DNA of 64,000 nt from contig MFXP01000015.1 in NCBI GenBank assembly GCA_001787535.1, positions 22,549-86,548 on the forward strand, given 5' to 3'. The position numbers and the translations under genes were made by a program. Origin of the DNA: Candidatus Peribacteria bacterium RIFCSPHIGHO2_01_FULL_51_35 (GTDB lineage Bacteria > Patescibacteriota > Gracilibacteria > Peribacterales > Peribacteraceae). Of the stretch, positions 8,881 to 18,729 are shown piece after piece. Under the pieces are notes generated by a model. The model did no database searches and was not told where the DNA came from. It saw nothing but the letters and a program-made list of their open reading frames with translations. Within the stretch, counting starts at the first letter, position 1. Each line of letters opens with the position of its first letter.

Positions 8881-9918
8881 ATGAAAATCTTGTTTGCCGG
8901 CGGCGGCTCCGTCGGGCACATAGCGCCGAGTGTTGCTGTGTGGCAGGCGATGAAGCAATTGGATGCGTCCACAGAGCCGCTGTTCCTATGTTCCGACCGC
9001 ATGGAAGATCTGAATTATATCGCGAAGGAACGCGTTCCTGTGCGCGCCGTGGCTCTGCCGAAACGCAATCTCTGGATGCCGATGCTCCTCGTACAGGCGT
9101 ACCGCCAAGCGGCGCTGAGCATTCGCTTATTCAAGCCTGACGTCGTCTTCAGTAAAGGAGGCGCGGTGAGCGTGCCCATCTGCCTTGCTGCGTGGTGGAA
9201 AAAAATTCCGATCGTGCTGCATGAATCCGATGCGCGCATGGGCATCGCAAACAGAATGATCGCAAAAATTGCAGACACGGTGTGCCTGGGATTCGATGAA
9301 ACAATGATCGTGGATCCCCGCATGCAGGTGACAGGCAATCCCGTCCGCGCGGGCGTCACGAAAGGAGTAAAAGAAGAAGGGCTGCGCATAACAGGTTTTT
9401 CCGGCGACCGTCCTGTGTTGATGGTGATAGGAGGAAGCCAAGGGGCAACGGCCATCAATGATGTCGTCCGCACGCTTCTTCCCAAACTTCTCGAAACATT
9501 TGATGTTATTCATCTCACGGGTCCCGGAAAAAATGGAGCACCCAAGACGGCCGGCTATTTCGCCAAAGAATTCGCGTATGAAGAACTCCCTCATTTGTAT
9601 GCCGTCACGAGCGTCGCACTCAGCCGTGCGGGTGCGGGAGGTATCTGTGAACTTGCAGCGAACGGCATCCCGACTATTCTGACGCCCCTCCGTGGCGTGG
9701 CAAACGATCATCAGCAGGCAAATGCACTCGCAGCTGCCCGTTCGGAGGGGTGCATTGTGCTTCCTCAAGAAAAGTTGTCTGCCGAGCTCTTGCCCACCCT
9801 CCAAAACATGATCGAGCCCGGCCGTCACGTGCTTCTTTCCGAACGAATTTCAGGTCTGAACCCCCCGAATGCGGCGCAGAGGATTGCCGAAATCATCCGC
9901 AGTACAGCTAAAAAATAA
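8881..9918 (+). CDS. murG: Lipid II GlcNAc transferase MurG
   Basis: AGGGSVGH, HESD, TGNPVR, GGSQGA, SRAGA, HQQANA. Confidence 0.95.
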   Translation: MKILFAGGGSVGHIAPSVAVWQAMKQLDASTEPLFLCSDRMEDLNYIAKERVPVRAVALPKRNLWMPMLLVQAYRQAALSIRLFKPDVVFSKGGAVSVPICLAAWWKKIPIVLHESDARMGIANRMIAKIADTVCLGFDETMIVDPRMQVTGNPVRAGVTKGVKEEGLRITGFSGDRPVLMVIGGSQGATAINDVVRTLLPKLLETFDVIHLTGPGKNGAPKTAGYFAKEFAYEELPHLYAVTSVALSRAGAGGICELAANGIPTILTPLRGVANDHQQANALAAARSEGCIVLPQEKLSAELLPTLQNMIEPGRHVLLSERISGLNPPNAAQRIAEIIRSTAKK

Positions 9919-10005
9919 AAGAGATGTCCTGCAACTAGCCAGCAGTACAAAAAAGTAGCCCCATATCTTGCAAAACAGGGGATGCCTCTTTACCCTGCCC
10001 GAGCT

Positions 10006-10785
10006 ATGAAAAAGTTCCACACGTTGATCATTCCGCTGTTTGCGTTGGCCTTTCTTTTGGTGAGCTGCAAAGCGCCCGCCGTTACCAATGAGCCTCCTGC
10101 CACGAACGAGCAGACGAACGGAGAAGTATCCGGTACCCCATCTTCTATGGCCAATGATTCCTTCGACGGACAGATCCTCAAAGGCAAGCACACCGCCGTG
10201 TTTCACACGTCGATGGGGGATATCACGGTGCAATTGGATGCCGATGCCGCGCCGAAGACCGTCACGAACTTCGTGGCACTGGCAAAGTCCGGCTACTACA
10301 ACGGCTTGCTCTTCCACCGCGTCATTCCCGATTTCATGATTCAGGGAGGCGACCCGAACGGCAACGGCACGGGCGGCGAAAGCATTTTCGGTGATTCGTT
10401 TGAGGATGAGATCAACGCGAACACTTACGGACTCGACAAAAAGAAACTGAAGGATGCCGCAGCGGGACAGCCGCTGCCGGATGAAATCAAGGACAAGACG
10501 GTGAAGGAATACTACGAGATGCAAGGCTACGTCTACAATTCCAAACTGAAGTCTCTGCCAATGGTGCATGGCGCTCTCGCCATGGCGAACCGAGGTCCGA
10601 ACACGAACGGCAGCCAGTTCTTTATCGTTCAGGCCACTGCCACGCCGTGGTTGGATGGCAAGCACACGGTCTTTGGTAACGTCACCAAGGGACTCGACAT
10701 CGTCGATGCCATCGCCAAGGTTGCTCGCGACAGTTCGGATAAGCCGCTTGAGCCGATCACGTATAACGTGGAAATTGTAAAATAG
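10006..10785 (+). CDS. Cyclophilin-type peptidyl-prolyl isomerase, lipoprotein
   Basis: LLVSC lipobox; [31 protein letters not shown]. Confidence 0.95.
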   Translation: MKKFHTLIIPLFALAFLLVSCKAPAVTNEPPATNEQTNGEVSGTPSSMANDSFDGQILKGKHTAVFHTSMGDITVQLDADAAPKTVTNFVALAKSGYYNGLLFHRVIPDFMIQGGDPNGNGTGGESIFGDSFEDEINANTYGLDKKKLKDAAAGQPLPDEIKDKTVKEYYEMQGYVYNSKLKSLPMVHGALAMANRGPNTNGSQFFIVQATATPWLDGKHTVFGNVTKGLDIVDAIAKVARDSSDKPLEPITYNVEIVK

Positions 10786-10794
10786 CTCTTGTGG

Positions 10795-10852
10795 AAGACA
10801 TAAGACACAAGATGTAAGACAGCTGTATCTTGTGTCTTATGTCTTGTATCTT
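10795..10852. repeat. Inverted heptamer array (AAGACAY)n..(RTGTCTT)n, gene-less
   Basis: AAGACATAAGACACAAGATGTAAGAC..ATCTTGTGTCTTATGTCTTGTATCTT. Confidence 0.9.
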
Positions 10853-10861
10853 TTTTCCCGT

Positions 10862-12319
10862 ATGAGAACCAGATTCGCCCCTTCTCCAACAGGCTACCTT
10901 CATGTGGGGGGGCTGCGCACTGCGCTCTATTCCTATTTGATCGCGAAGCAGACGAAGGGCGAGTTTCTTTTGCGCATTGAAGATACGGATCAAGAACGCA
11001 GCGTGGAAGGCACAGTGGAAAGCATTCTTCGATCTTTGGAGTGGGCGGGAATTTCACCCGATGAAGGCGTTGTGCTCAAAGGAACATCAGTCGATCAGGT
11101 GGGAAAAGTGGGACCGTACTTCCAGTCTGAGCGTCTGGATGTGTATAAGAAGTACGCGCAGGAACTGCTGGAGAAAGGCCACGCGTATCCGTGTTTCTGC
11201 ACTGCGGATCGCCTGGCACAGATGCGTGATGATCAGACGAAAGCCAAGCAGGCACCCATGTATGACCGTCTCTGCATGTCTCTTCCTAAAGAAGAGGCAG
11301 CAAAACGCATGGCGAACGAGCCGCACGTGCTGCGCTTGAAAGTTCCACGCACGGAAGTGATTACATTTGAGGATGACATCCGTGGAAAACTCTCATTCCA
11401 AGGGCATGTCGTCGATGATCAAGTGCTGCTGAAGAGTGACGGCTTCCCGACGTATCATTTGGCGCATGTTGTGGATGACCATTTGATGAAGATCGACATT
11501 GTGATTCGGGGTGAGGAGTGGCTGAGTTCTCTGCCGAAACATTTATTGCTTTTCCGATACCTTGGCTGGACGCCACCGCGCTACGCACACGTGCCGCTGC
11601 TGCTGAATAAAGATAAAACGAAGCTGAGCAAGCGCCAGGGTTCCGTATCTGTGGAGGAATACATCACAAAAGGATACTTGCCCGAAGCACTTTTGAATTT
11701 CCTCGCGATGCTGGGATGGAATTCCGGCACAACACAGGAATTATTTTCATTGGAGGAACTCATTGATGCCTTTTCGATCGACCGCGTACAGAAATCCGGC
11801 GCGATTTTTGATCTGGAGAAGCTCGATTGGCTTCAAGGCCAGTGGATGCGGAAAATTGAGCCACCTGAATTTGCCGAACGGATCCTTCCGCTGGTTGCAG
11901 AGAAGTACCCGGATGCGAAAAAAGACAAAGATTTCGCAAAAAAAGCCGCGCTGATTCAGGAGCGTCTGACATTGTTCCCGGAAGCACCGGAGATGATGTC
12001 CTTTTTCTATGAAGAGCCAAAAGTCACCGTCGATCTGCTCGCGAACGAAAAGCAAAAGGTAACTTCTGCGGATGTTCCGAAGATTCTTGCGCTTCTCACG
12101 AGCACATTGGAATCCATTGACGATTGGACACTCCCGAATATTCAATCCGCACTCGAAAAACTTGCGACGGAAGGTTACAAAAAGGGTCAAATCCTCTGGC
12201 CGCTGCGCGCTGCACTTACCGGTAAACCATTCAGCCCGGGAGCATATGAAGTGGCGGAGGTACTTGGAAAGGAAGAAACGATAAAACGGCTTACAGCTGC
12301 TTTAAAATCGATCTCCTAA
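10862..12319 (+). CDS. gltX: Glutamate--tRNA ligase
   Basis: RFAPSPTGYLHVG, RIEDTD, KLSKR. Confidence 0.97.
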   Translation: MRTRFAPSPTGYLHVGGLRTALYSYLIAKQTKGEFLLRIEDTDQERSVEGTVESILRSLEWAGISPDEGVVLKGTSVDQVGKVGPYFQSERLDVYKKYAQELLEKGHAYPCFCTADRLAQMRDDQTKAKQAPMYDRLCMSLPKEEAAKRMANEPHVLRLKVPRTEVITFEDDIRGKLSFQGHVVDDQVLLKSDGFPTYHLAHVVDDHLMKIDIVIRGEEWLSSLPKHLLLFRYLGWTPPRYAHVPLLLNKDKTKLSKRQGSVSVEEYITKGYLPEALLNFLAMLGWNSGTTQELFSLEELIDAFSIDRVQKSGAIFDLEKLDWLQGQWMRKIEPPEFAERILPLVAEKYPDAKKDKDFAKKAALIQERLTLFPEAPEMMSFFYEEPKVTVDLLANEKQKVTSADVPKILALLTSTLESIDDWTLPNIQSALEKLATEGYKKGQILWPLRAALTGKPFSPGAYEVAEVLGKEETIKRLTAALKSIS

Positions 12320-12324
12320 CATCC

Positions 12325-13191
12325 ATGCAGATTCAAGAACTTGTCGCTGTCGGCTCTAAAACTACTATGCGCATTGGCGGGCAGGCTCGCTATTATGCGG
12401 AAATCGCAACAAAAGAAGATGCGGAAGAAGCTTTGCGATTTTCCAAAGAAAAAAATATCCCGTTGATCATCCTCGGCAGCGGCAGCAACACTGTTTTTGC
12501 CGACGGAGTGATTGAGGCGTTGGTCGTGCGCATCAAAGCAGACAAAACTTCTGTTGAAGGAAATCAAATTCGTGTGGAAGCAGGAAAAAATCTCGCGATG
12601 CTCATCAATGAACTCGCAAAACAGAATTTGGATCTCTCTGCGCTCACGGGAATCCCCGGAACTCTCGGCGGGGCGGTCTTCGGCAATGCAGGACAGGGAC
12701 AGAAGGGGATTTGGATAGAATACTATGTGAAGGATGTGACAGCGCTCATCGACGGGCGATGGCAGACGCTTCCAAAAGCGGCATGCGAATTCAAGTACCG
12801 CGAGAGCGTCTTCAAGCACATGAAGGAACCTCTCATTTTGTGGGAAGTCATTTTGGAAGTGCCCACACGCGATAGAGCCCTTGTGGAAGCCGAAGTTAAG
12901 GTTCTCCTTCAAAAGCGCATCGAGACGCAGCCGCACATCAAAACTGCAGGTTCTTGCTTCAAAGCAGTCGGCGACACACCTGCGTGGAAGCTGATAGATG
13001 CTGCGGGACTCCGTGGAACAAAAATCGGCGATGTGCAAATTGCAGAGAAGCACGCGAATTTTCTCCTGAACATCGGCAAAGCAAATTATGAAGATGCAAA
13101 GGCAATCGTGAAAAAGGTCAAAAAAACGATCACGGAACCGCTGGATGTGGAGATGCGGTTCATCGAACCGGATGGATCGTTGGCGTTTTGA
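12325..13191 (+). CDS. murB: UDP-N-acetylenolpyruvoylglucosamine reductase
   Basis: LGSGSN, GIPGTLGGAVFGNAG, TAGSCFK, HANFLLN. Confidence 0.95.
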   Translation: MQIQELVAVGSKTTMRIGGQARYYAEIATKEDAEEALRFSKEKNIPLIILGSGSNTVFADGVIEALVVRIKADKTSVEGNQIRVEAGKNLAMLINELAKQNLDLSALTGIPGTLGGAVFGNAGQGQKGIWIEYYVKDVTALIDGRWQTLPKAACEFKYRESVFKHMKEPLILWEVILEVPTRDRALVEAEVKVLLQKRIETQPHIKTAGSCFKAVGDTPAWKLIDAAGLRGTKIGDVQIAEKHANFLLNIGKANYEDAKAIVKKVKKTITEPLDVEMRFIEPDGSLAF

Positions 13192-13199
13192 TAATCATC

Positions 13200-13303
13200 G
13201 CGGGTCGAACCTGCCTGCCGGTAGGCAGGGACCCGCTCTGATTAAATCCAACAACCAACAAGAGCGCGTCTTTTTATCCTGAGTGAGTCGAAGGACGACG
13301 CGC
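13200..13303. repeat. Two nested REP-in-hairpin structures
   Basis: GCGGGTC[CCTGCCTGCCGGTAGGCAGG]GACCCGC and GCGCGTC[TCCTGAGTGAGTCGAAGGA]GACGCGC. Confidence 0.75.
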
Positions 13304-13323
13304 GATATTTACACATTTGGAAC

Positions 13324-13584
13324 TTAGTTTTCTTCTTTTTCCCTTTGTTCCAACCAACTTTCCACTTTTTGCATCATATTGCAAACTATACAAGCATCAA
13401 ACCAAGTGAAAGAAAGCTCAGGATCCGCAGCAAAACGCCCCAGGGTTTCTTGCAATTGCTTTCGGTATTCCGGCAGATAGCGAAACTCGTATCTTTCATT
13501 GCCCCTGAGAAGGACTAGCTGGTACACAAGCATCGCCTGATCTTCGGAGGCCCTTTCAATAGACATAGATCCAACATACGCCAA
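13324..13584 (-). CDS. Small hypothetical protein (start uncertain)
   Basis: LVLLRGNERYEFRY..LGRFAADPELSFTWFDA looks like a folded domain. Confidence 0.65.
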   Translation of the reverse strand: MAYVGSMSIERASEDQAMLVYQLVLLRGNERYEFRYLPEYRKQLQETLGRFAADPELSFTWFDACIVCNMMQKVESWLEQREKEEN

Positions 13585-13596
13585 ACCATAACAACG

Positions 13597-13628
13597 AAAA
13601 AGGAGAGTGGTCGCCCACCCTCTCTTTT
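13597..13628. terminator. Rho-independent terminator downstream of ssb
   Basis: AAAAAGGAGAGTGG-TCGC-CCACCCTCTCTTTT. Confidence 0.65.
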
Positions 13629-13635
13629 CCGCTCA

Positions 13636-13666
13636 CCGTAGCTGCGACGCGGCATCGCAGCTACGG
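13636..13666. repeat. GTAG-type REP
   Basis: CCGTAGCTGCGA-CGCGGCA-TCGCAGCTACGG; outer stem shared with the RAYT REP. Confidence 0.75.
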
Positions 13667-13678
13667 GATTCATGTGAT

Positions 13679-14533
13679 TCAAAACGGCAAATCCTCTGCT
13701 TTGATTTCGGATGCGTAGGCAATCTCCGGCACCTCTACGGATGCAGAGGCGGGAGCGCTGTCGTCCGACTTAGCATCAGAGCGGGCAGGACGTGCATCGG
13801 CACGGAAAGAAGTTTCCGCGACGGAGTTTTTCACGCCAAGGAGCAGAACGGAGTCTGCAATGACTTCCGTCGTGTAGCGCTTGTGGCCGTCTTTGGTTTC
13901 CCAACTGCGTGTTTGCACGCGGCCGGAAACAAAGACACGGTTGCCTTTCTTGATGTTGGAAGTGACTTCCTGAGCAAGCGCACCCCAGATGACGACGTTG
14001 TGAAATTCGGAACGCTCTTTGAGCTCATTCGTCGATTTGTCTTTCCACTTTTCATTCGTGGCGACACCCAGTGTCAGCACTTGTACGCCGCCGGTGGTGG
14101 TGCGCAGTTCCGGATCACGAGTGACGTGACCGATAATGTCTGCGCGGTTCAAATTATTGGTGATGGACTTTGCATTCGCAGGTGCTGCGAGCTGCCCGTC
14201 CTTGGGATCTAAAAGAATCATATCGAGCGCGACCATCTTGGTCTTGCTGCGCTTTTCACCGGTCTTTTCATCTTCCCAGCTGTCTGTTTGGAGGCGGCCC
14301 GCGACGAAGACGTGGCTGCCGGGTTTCACGAAACGTCCCGCGACGTCCGCCATGGGACCCCACAGAGTGACAGTGTGAAAGCCTTTGCCGTCCAGCATGT
14401 CGCCGCTTTCGGCTTTGAAGGAATAGGGAACGACAAGGTTAAGATCGACAACACTCGTACCGCTGGGCGTCTGCCGAGGGGAAACGGGTTCTGTCTGGTA
14501 GCCGATGATGTGCACGCGATTGAGGGAGAACAT
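13679..14533 (-). CDS. ssb: Single-stranded DNA-binding protein with two tandem OB folds
   Basis: SLNRVHIIG..GRLQTDSWE and NLNRADIIG..GRVQTRSWE; EDLPF tail. Confidence 0.95.
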   Translation of the reverse strand: MFSLNRVHIIGYQTEPVSPRQTPSGTSVVDLNLVVPYSFKAESGDMLDGKGFHTVTLWGPMADVAGRFVKPGSHVFVAGRLQTDSWEDEKTGEKRSKTKMVALDMILLDPKDGQLAAPANAKSITNNLNRADIIGHVTRDPELRTTTGGVQVLTLGVATNEKWKDKSTNELKERSEFHNVVIWGALAQEVTSNIKKGNRVFVSGRVQTRSWETKDGHKRYTTEVIADSVLLLGVKNSVAETSFRADARPARSDAKSDDSAPASASVEVPEIAYASEIKAEDLPF

Positions 14534-14839
14534 ATCTCGAAGGGAGAAATGGGATAAAAGGAGGTCACGAGCAGTGCGTGCTGCTTTACGATGACTTGGC
14601 TTCCGTCCTAGCTAGAAACGGCAACCGCCACAGTTGTACACTCGTACACCAATGGATGGCAACAGATTGTAGTGGCAAGAGCTCGTAATTATTTTCTAAA
14701 TATACATTTTCCTATCTCAAAATACAGGAATGTTTTCCGTCAACATCGGTTACGGGTTCTTGGCCTCAGCTTGCTGTGATCAGCATCATTTTTCTGTTAT
14801 AATTATCAGATTTTACATACACACACCCGCTCTTGGCTT

Positions 14840-17800
14840 TTGCTCATTTGCTCGGGATTCTTAGCTGCCCTGGGAGCCTCTGCAGTGCATGCCGAACATT
14901 TCTCTATCTCCAAAAATCCTCCGGCCTCCTTTGAGGAGATCAAGAAAGTCGTGACCGAGGACATTCCGAAGGATTTGAAAAAGGCGCAGTGCGGCGGATG
15001 GGATACGGATCAAAGCGTGGTGGGAAAAATTCCTGTCGTGACAGGCGTGCCGGGACGCGATGCGGATCCGCTGGGAAACATTCGCTCCGGCATGGCAAAA
15101 CGAAATGATAATTTTATTTTCCCCGATGAACCGACGACGAAAGGACTGGCGACTGCCTGCCAACCGAATGTCGGAAACAAAGATGATCCTGCATCGCAGA
15201 CAATCAAGGTGTTGCAGTGGACAGGTTTCGGCCCCGCGGAAAATAAACGGGAGATCGAGGTGCCGCATCCATACTTCGAGGATCCCCCTTGCGTGTGGCG
15301 GGCGGGTGGAGAAAAACTTCAGCCACCCTTGAACGAAGCGAAATGTCGTGAATTTTGCGAGTTTGTGAACAGTCCGCTCTTCACGTTCTGGGATTGCAGA
15401 GTGTCTGCGCCCATCTTGGACGATGCAGGCAATGTTGTCGGCACGCAATGCATTCAGGACGGCCAGAAATACACCTGCACGCAGGACTGGATAGACCTCC
15501 CCTTTGACGGAGGCGATCCGAACAATTCGGTGGATGCGAATCTCGCAGGCATCATTCCGCAACTGAAACAGTTCTGCGATCCGAATGCGCCGCACCCGGC
15601 GGCAGGTTTGTCCAATGCGCGTTCGTGCAGAGGAGAAGCATGCCGCACTGTCGAGGGAAACAACGCGCCATACATGTCGTACTACCGCAGTTATGAAGCA
15701 AGTTACCGACGCGATCCTGTGATCACGGACAAGAACACGGACATTGCCTCCAACAATGCGCAGGTGGCCTGTTACGGTCTCTACAGAGAATTCGATCCGA
15801 AGACGAAAGTGATGGAGAAAGAGGATCAACGGTGCGTGATCCAAATGGACGTGTCGCAATACCCAAAAAGCCAGCAGGGGAAGGGTGACACCAAGAGCGA
15901 TCTTGCGGATCCGGATCCTTCCGGGCCGATTCTTCGCGATCCGACGTTCAAGGAATCGGAGGATCTGTGGTACCAAAACTTGGGAGGAGGAATGTCCTTC
16001 CTGAACGACAAAGTATTTTCGGAAGAATTTGCGAAAGATTTATCGACGGCGCTCCTTACGGCCGACGAAGCCAAGCAGCGTGCGGCGCAGCCATTCGTCG
16101 ATCCTAAAAAGACGGTAGCCGATGCGGCGTTGGTGCGCGCGTTCGATGATACGGTTTCAAACGAGCGTGGCGATAAGCGCACCGTTACGGAATGGTGGCA
16201 GCGCTTGGAGACGGACGCCAACCGCATCTTCACACGACCGGTGGTGAGGCTGTTCCTCCCGCCCGCATGGTCGTTCGGCATCGATGCATTGGACCCCATT
16301 CTTGTGCAGAATGCGAACTCTCCGGAAGGATCGGATCCCGCGGCCGTGATTCGCAGCGACCCGCGCATGCTCTCCATCGAAGCGCAGTTGAATGCCAAGG
16401 AAGACACGCTGGGGCAAGTGGCAAAGTTGCTGGAGCGCAACCTTCTCTTCACGACGCAGGAGGAGATTATTCCGTTCGTCTACCCTCTGGGTTCTGTGAC
16501 GGAATTCCGGGCTGTGAAGCAAGCGTGGATCACGTGGCGAGCCATTCAGAAAGGCGCGGATGGATCTGCACCGTTCCCTGGCGAAGACGAAGTGAACGCC
16601 CTGATTGAAAAATTGGAACAGTACGCCATACAAGCGGAAGGCGTTCGCACGCTCCGTGCCGAACTGCCGCGCTACATTGGTCAGCTCACGGCCAGACAGC
16701 AGGAAATTGCCGCGGAAATTGCGGCGTGGGAGGAAAAGAATCTCACAGCGTACCGTGATTATCTCGTGGGACTCAAGCAAATGGATGAACTGCGCTCGAC
16801 GTGGAGAACACTCCAGCAGAAGTACATCGATTTCCATGACAAGACGAATATGCCGTGGTGCAAGAACGACCGCTTCACGACGTCGATCTACTCGCTCGTT
16901 TCCCTCTGGCTCCCGCAGCGCGAAGGGCAGCAAGGGTTGGATTTGGACAGCGACGATGTCGGCTCCTGCGAAGCGCAGGATGGCCTGCCTCGTTTCTGTG
17001 TTCCGGAGAACGAGAAAGATCTGGTCTTCGATTTCACTCATATGGAATTCACGCGTGCAAAGACTCCCGTGAAAATCCCGGTGCTCAAGCCTACGCTCGT
17101 GCGCTTACAGCTTCCGCTGCCGCCGGGGCACACGGAAACAATCCAAGATCCAAAGGCGCTGGAACTGCCGGATTTCCCGCCGGTGCCTTCCATTTTCGCA
17201 GCGCTCTCTCAGCAACCGTTTCCGCAAATCAAAAAGCCGATCAACGCTCCCGACATCATCGAAGTGAACAGGCTGCTGCCCAGCGAACCGCGCATGGAAC
17301 AGTGGAAAGACGTGCTCACGCGGGCGACGACGGTCATCACGAACATGAACGAAGCCTACAAACAATTCTGGGACAGCATTCAGATGTTCGATCCCGCGTG
17401 GCGCGAGCGTGAAAAAATGCCCGAGCCGACGTGCGATACCGAAGACGGTCCCGTGCCTATGCAACCGTTGGACTGTTGCGGCTTCGGCAAGGTGCACTGC
17501 GTGCACCCGGAGCCGGATCTGCTCGAAAGGATCAAGCGCATCGGCGACAGGCCCGCAGTCTTGGTCAAGGAAGATTTCCAAGCGAGGGGTGACCCAAGAA
17601 AATTGCCCGAATGCGACCCGAAAGATCATGTGTGCCAGACGGTGCTCCCGGAGGAGCGATCGCAGGTGCAAGGGTGGCAGGTGCAGATGCCGAAGGAATC
17701 GCCCGACGCGGAAACCATGATCGAAAAACTGCGCACGAACCTGCGCGAACAAACACTCACGCCCGCAGCAGAGATCCGGGGCAACATTCCATATGAGGAA

Positions 17801-17893
17801 TCGGCGACCGAACTCTACCCCGTATTCGACGTGCCGCGCGCATTTGATCTGCGTCCGCCCGTGAAATCTTCTTCTTCGTCCTCCACGCAATGA
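14840..17893 (+). CDS. Large Cys/Pro-rich secreted hypothetical protein (start uncertain)
   Basis: 1017-aa ORF, signal-peptide-like N-terminus ending AVHA, many Cys, central coiled coil. Confidence 0.85.
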   Translation: MLICSGFLAALGASAVHAEHFSISKNPPASFEEIKKVVTEDIPKDLKKAQCGGWDTDQSVVGKIPVVTGVPGRDADPLGNIRSGMAKRNDNFIFPDEPTTKGLATACQPNVGNKDDPASQTIKVLQWTGFGPAENKREIEVPHPYFEDPPCVWRAGGEKLQPPLNEAKCREFCEFVNSPLFTFWDCRVSAPILDDAGNVVGTQCIQDGQKYTCTQDWIDLPFDGGDPNNSVDANLAGIIPQLKQFCDPNAPHPAAGLSNARSCRGEACRTVEGNNAPYMSYYRSYEASYRRDPVITDKNTDIASNNAQVACYGLYREFDPKTKVMEKEDQRCVIQMDVSQYPKSQQGKGDTKSDLADPDPSGPILRDPTFKESEDLWYQNLGGGMSFLNDKVFSEEFAKDLSTALLTADEAKQRAAQPFVDPKKTVADAALVRAFDDTVSNERGDKRTVTEWWQRLETDANRIFTRPVVRLFLPPAWSFGIDALDPILVQNANSPEGSDPAAVIRSDPRMLSIEAQLNAKEDTLGQVAKLLERNLLFTTQEEIIPFVYPLGSVTEFRAVKQAWITWRAIQKGADGSAPFPGEDEVNALIEKLEQYAIQAEGVRTLRAELPRYIGQLTARQQEIAAEIAAWEEKNLTAYRDYLVGLKQMDELRSTWRTLQQKYIDFHDKTNMPWCKNDRFTTSIYSLVSLWLPQREGQQGLDLDSDDVGSCEAQDGLPRFCVPENEKDLVFDFTHMEFTRAKTPVKIPVLKPTLVRLQLPLPPGHTETIQDPKALELPDFPPVPSIFAALSQQPFPQIKKPINAPDIIEVNRLLPSEPRMEQWKDVLTRATTVITNMNEAYKQFWDSIQMFDPAWREREKMPEPTCDTEDGPVPMQPLDCCGFGKVHCVHPEPDLLERIKRIGDRPAVLVKEDFQARGDPRKLPECDPKDHVCQTVLPEERSQVQGWQVQMPKESPDAETMIEKLRTNLREQTLTPAAEIRGNIPYEESATELYPVFDVPRAFDLRPPVKSSSSSSTQ

Positions 17894-18729
17894 AACGCAT
17901 TCTTTTGATTCTCATCGGCATCGCTCTTCTGCTCCAACCCGCTCTTGTGAGAGCCGCTGCGCAGACGCCATCGGGCGCGTGTCTGCAAGCGGTGAACAAG
18001 GAGCTCTCCCGGGAGCAGCGTATTTATAGAACCATGCTCTTCGGATTTACGAAGGCTGCCGATGCGCCGCTGGGCGACCGGCGATACGACAAAGAAGGCA
18101 ATGCGTGGATCAAAATGCGCAAAAATTCTTGGCGCTCGCAGACAAAAGGATTTGGGGGGGCGACGTGGTCCGATGCACAGATGGATTTGATGGTGGAGCG
18201 GGACTTTATGGCGGCAACCCCCGTACGTCGCGGCATTTTTGAGACGAAGAAGGCGCTGACCTCGGAGCTGATTCCTCCACTCCTCCAGAGTTTCCGCGCA
18301 TTCCGCTGTCGCGTGGAAGCCGTATGCAAAGCGGTGTCGCTGAGCATTCCGCAGAGCGGCTCGACGGAAGGAAAAATATTGAAGGTTGAAACGCCCGGGT
18401 GCATGGATTTCGCAATGTCGCCCGTGGAAGCCTGCATGCTGGGAGCAGAGAAGGATGCCGATGGCACGTTCGCACACAAAGGCGATGAAGCCGTTGCACG
18501 CACGTACTGCACGCATGTGGGACAGCAACTTTTGGAACGTGAGAGTGATGTGCTGAAGCTCGCGGTTTCCTATGACGCCGCATATCGGTCGCTGCTGCAG
18601 TTCGCAGGACACTTCGATCTGTTCCTGGAGGAATTCCGGACATCCATTTCCACCCCCATTCGCCAGGCAGTTTCCCTTCTGGGACAACTGCAACAAATTC
18701 CGTGTTTCATTTCGCAATGTGATGAATAA
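17890..18729 (+). CDS. Secreted Cys-containing hypothetical protein
   Basis: MKRILLILIG signal peptide; ATGA overlap with upstream gene. Confidence 0.85.
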   Translation: MKRILLILIGIALLLQPALVRAAAQTPSGACLQAVNKELSREQRIYRTMLFGFTKAADAPLGDRRYDKEGNAWIKMRKNSWRSQTKGFGGATWSDAQMDLMVERDFMAATPVRRGIFETKKALTSELIPPLLQSFRAFRCRVEAVCKAVSLSIPQSGSTEGKILKVETPGCMDFAMSPVEACMLGAEKDADGTFAHKGDEAVARTYCTHVGQQLLERESDVLKLAVSYDAAYRSLLQFAGHFDLFLEEFRTSISTPIRQAVSLLGQLQQIPCFISQCDE

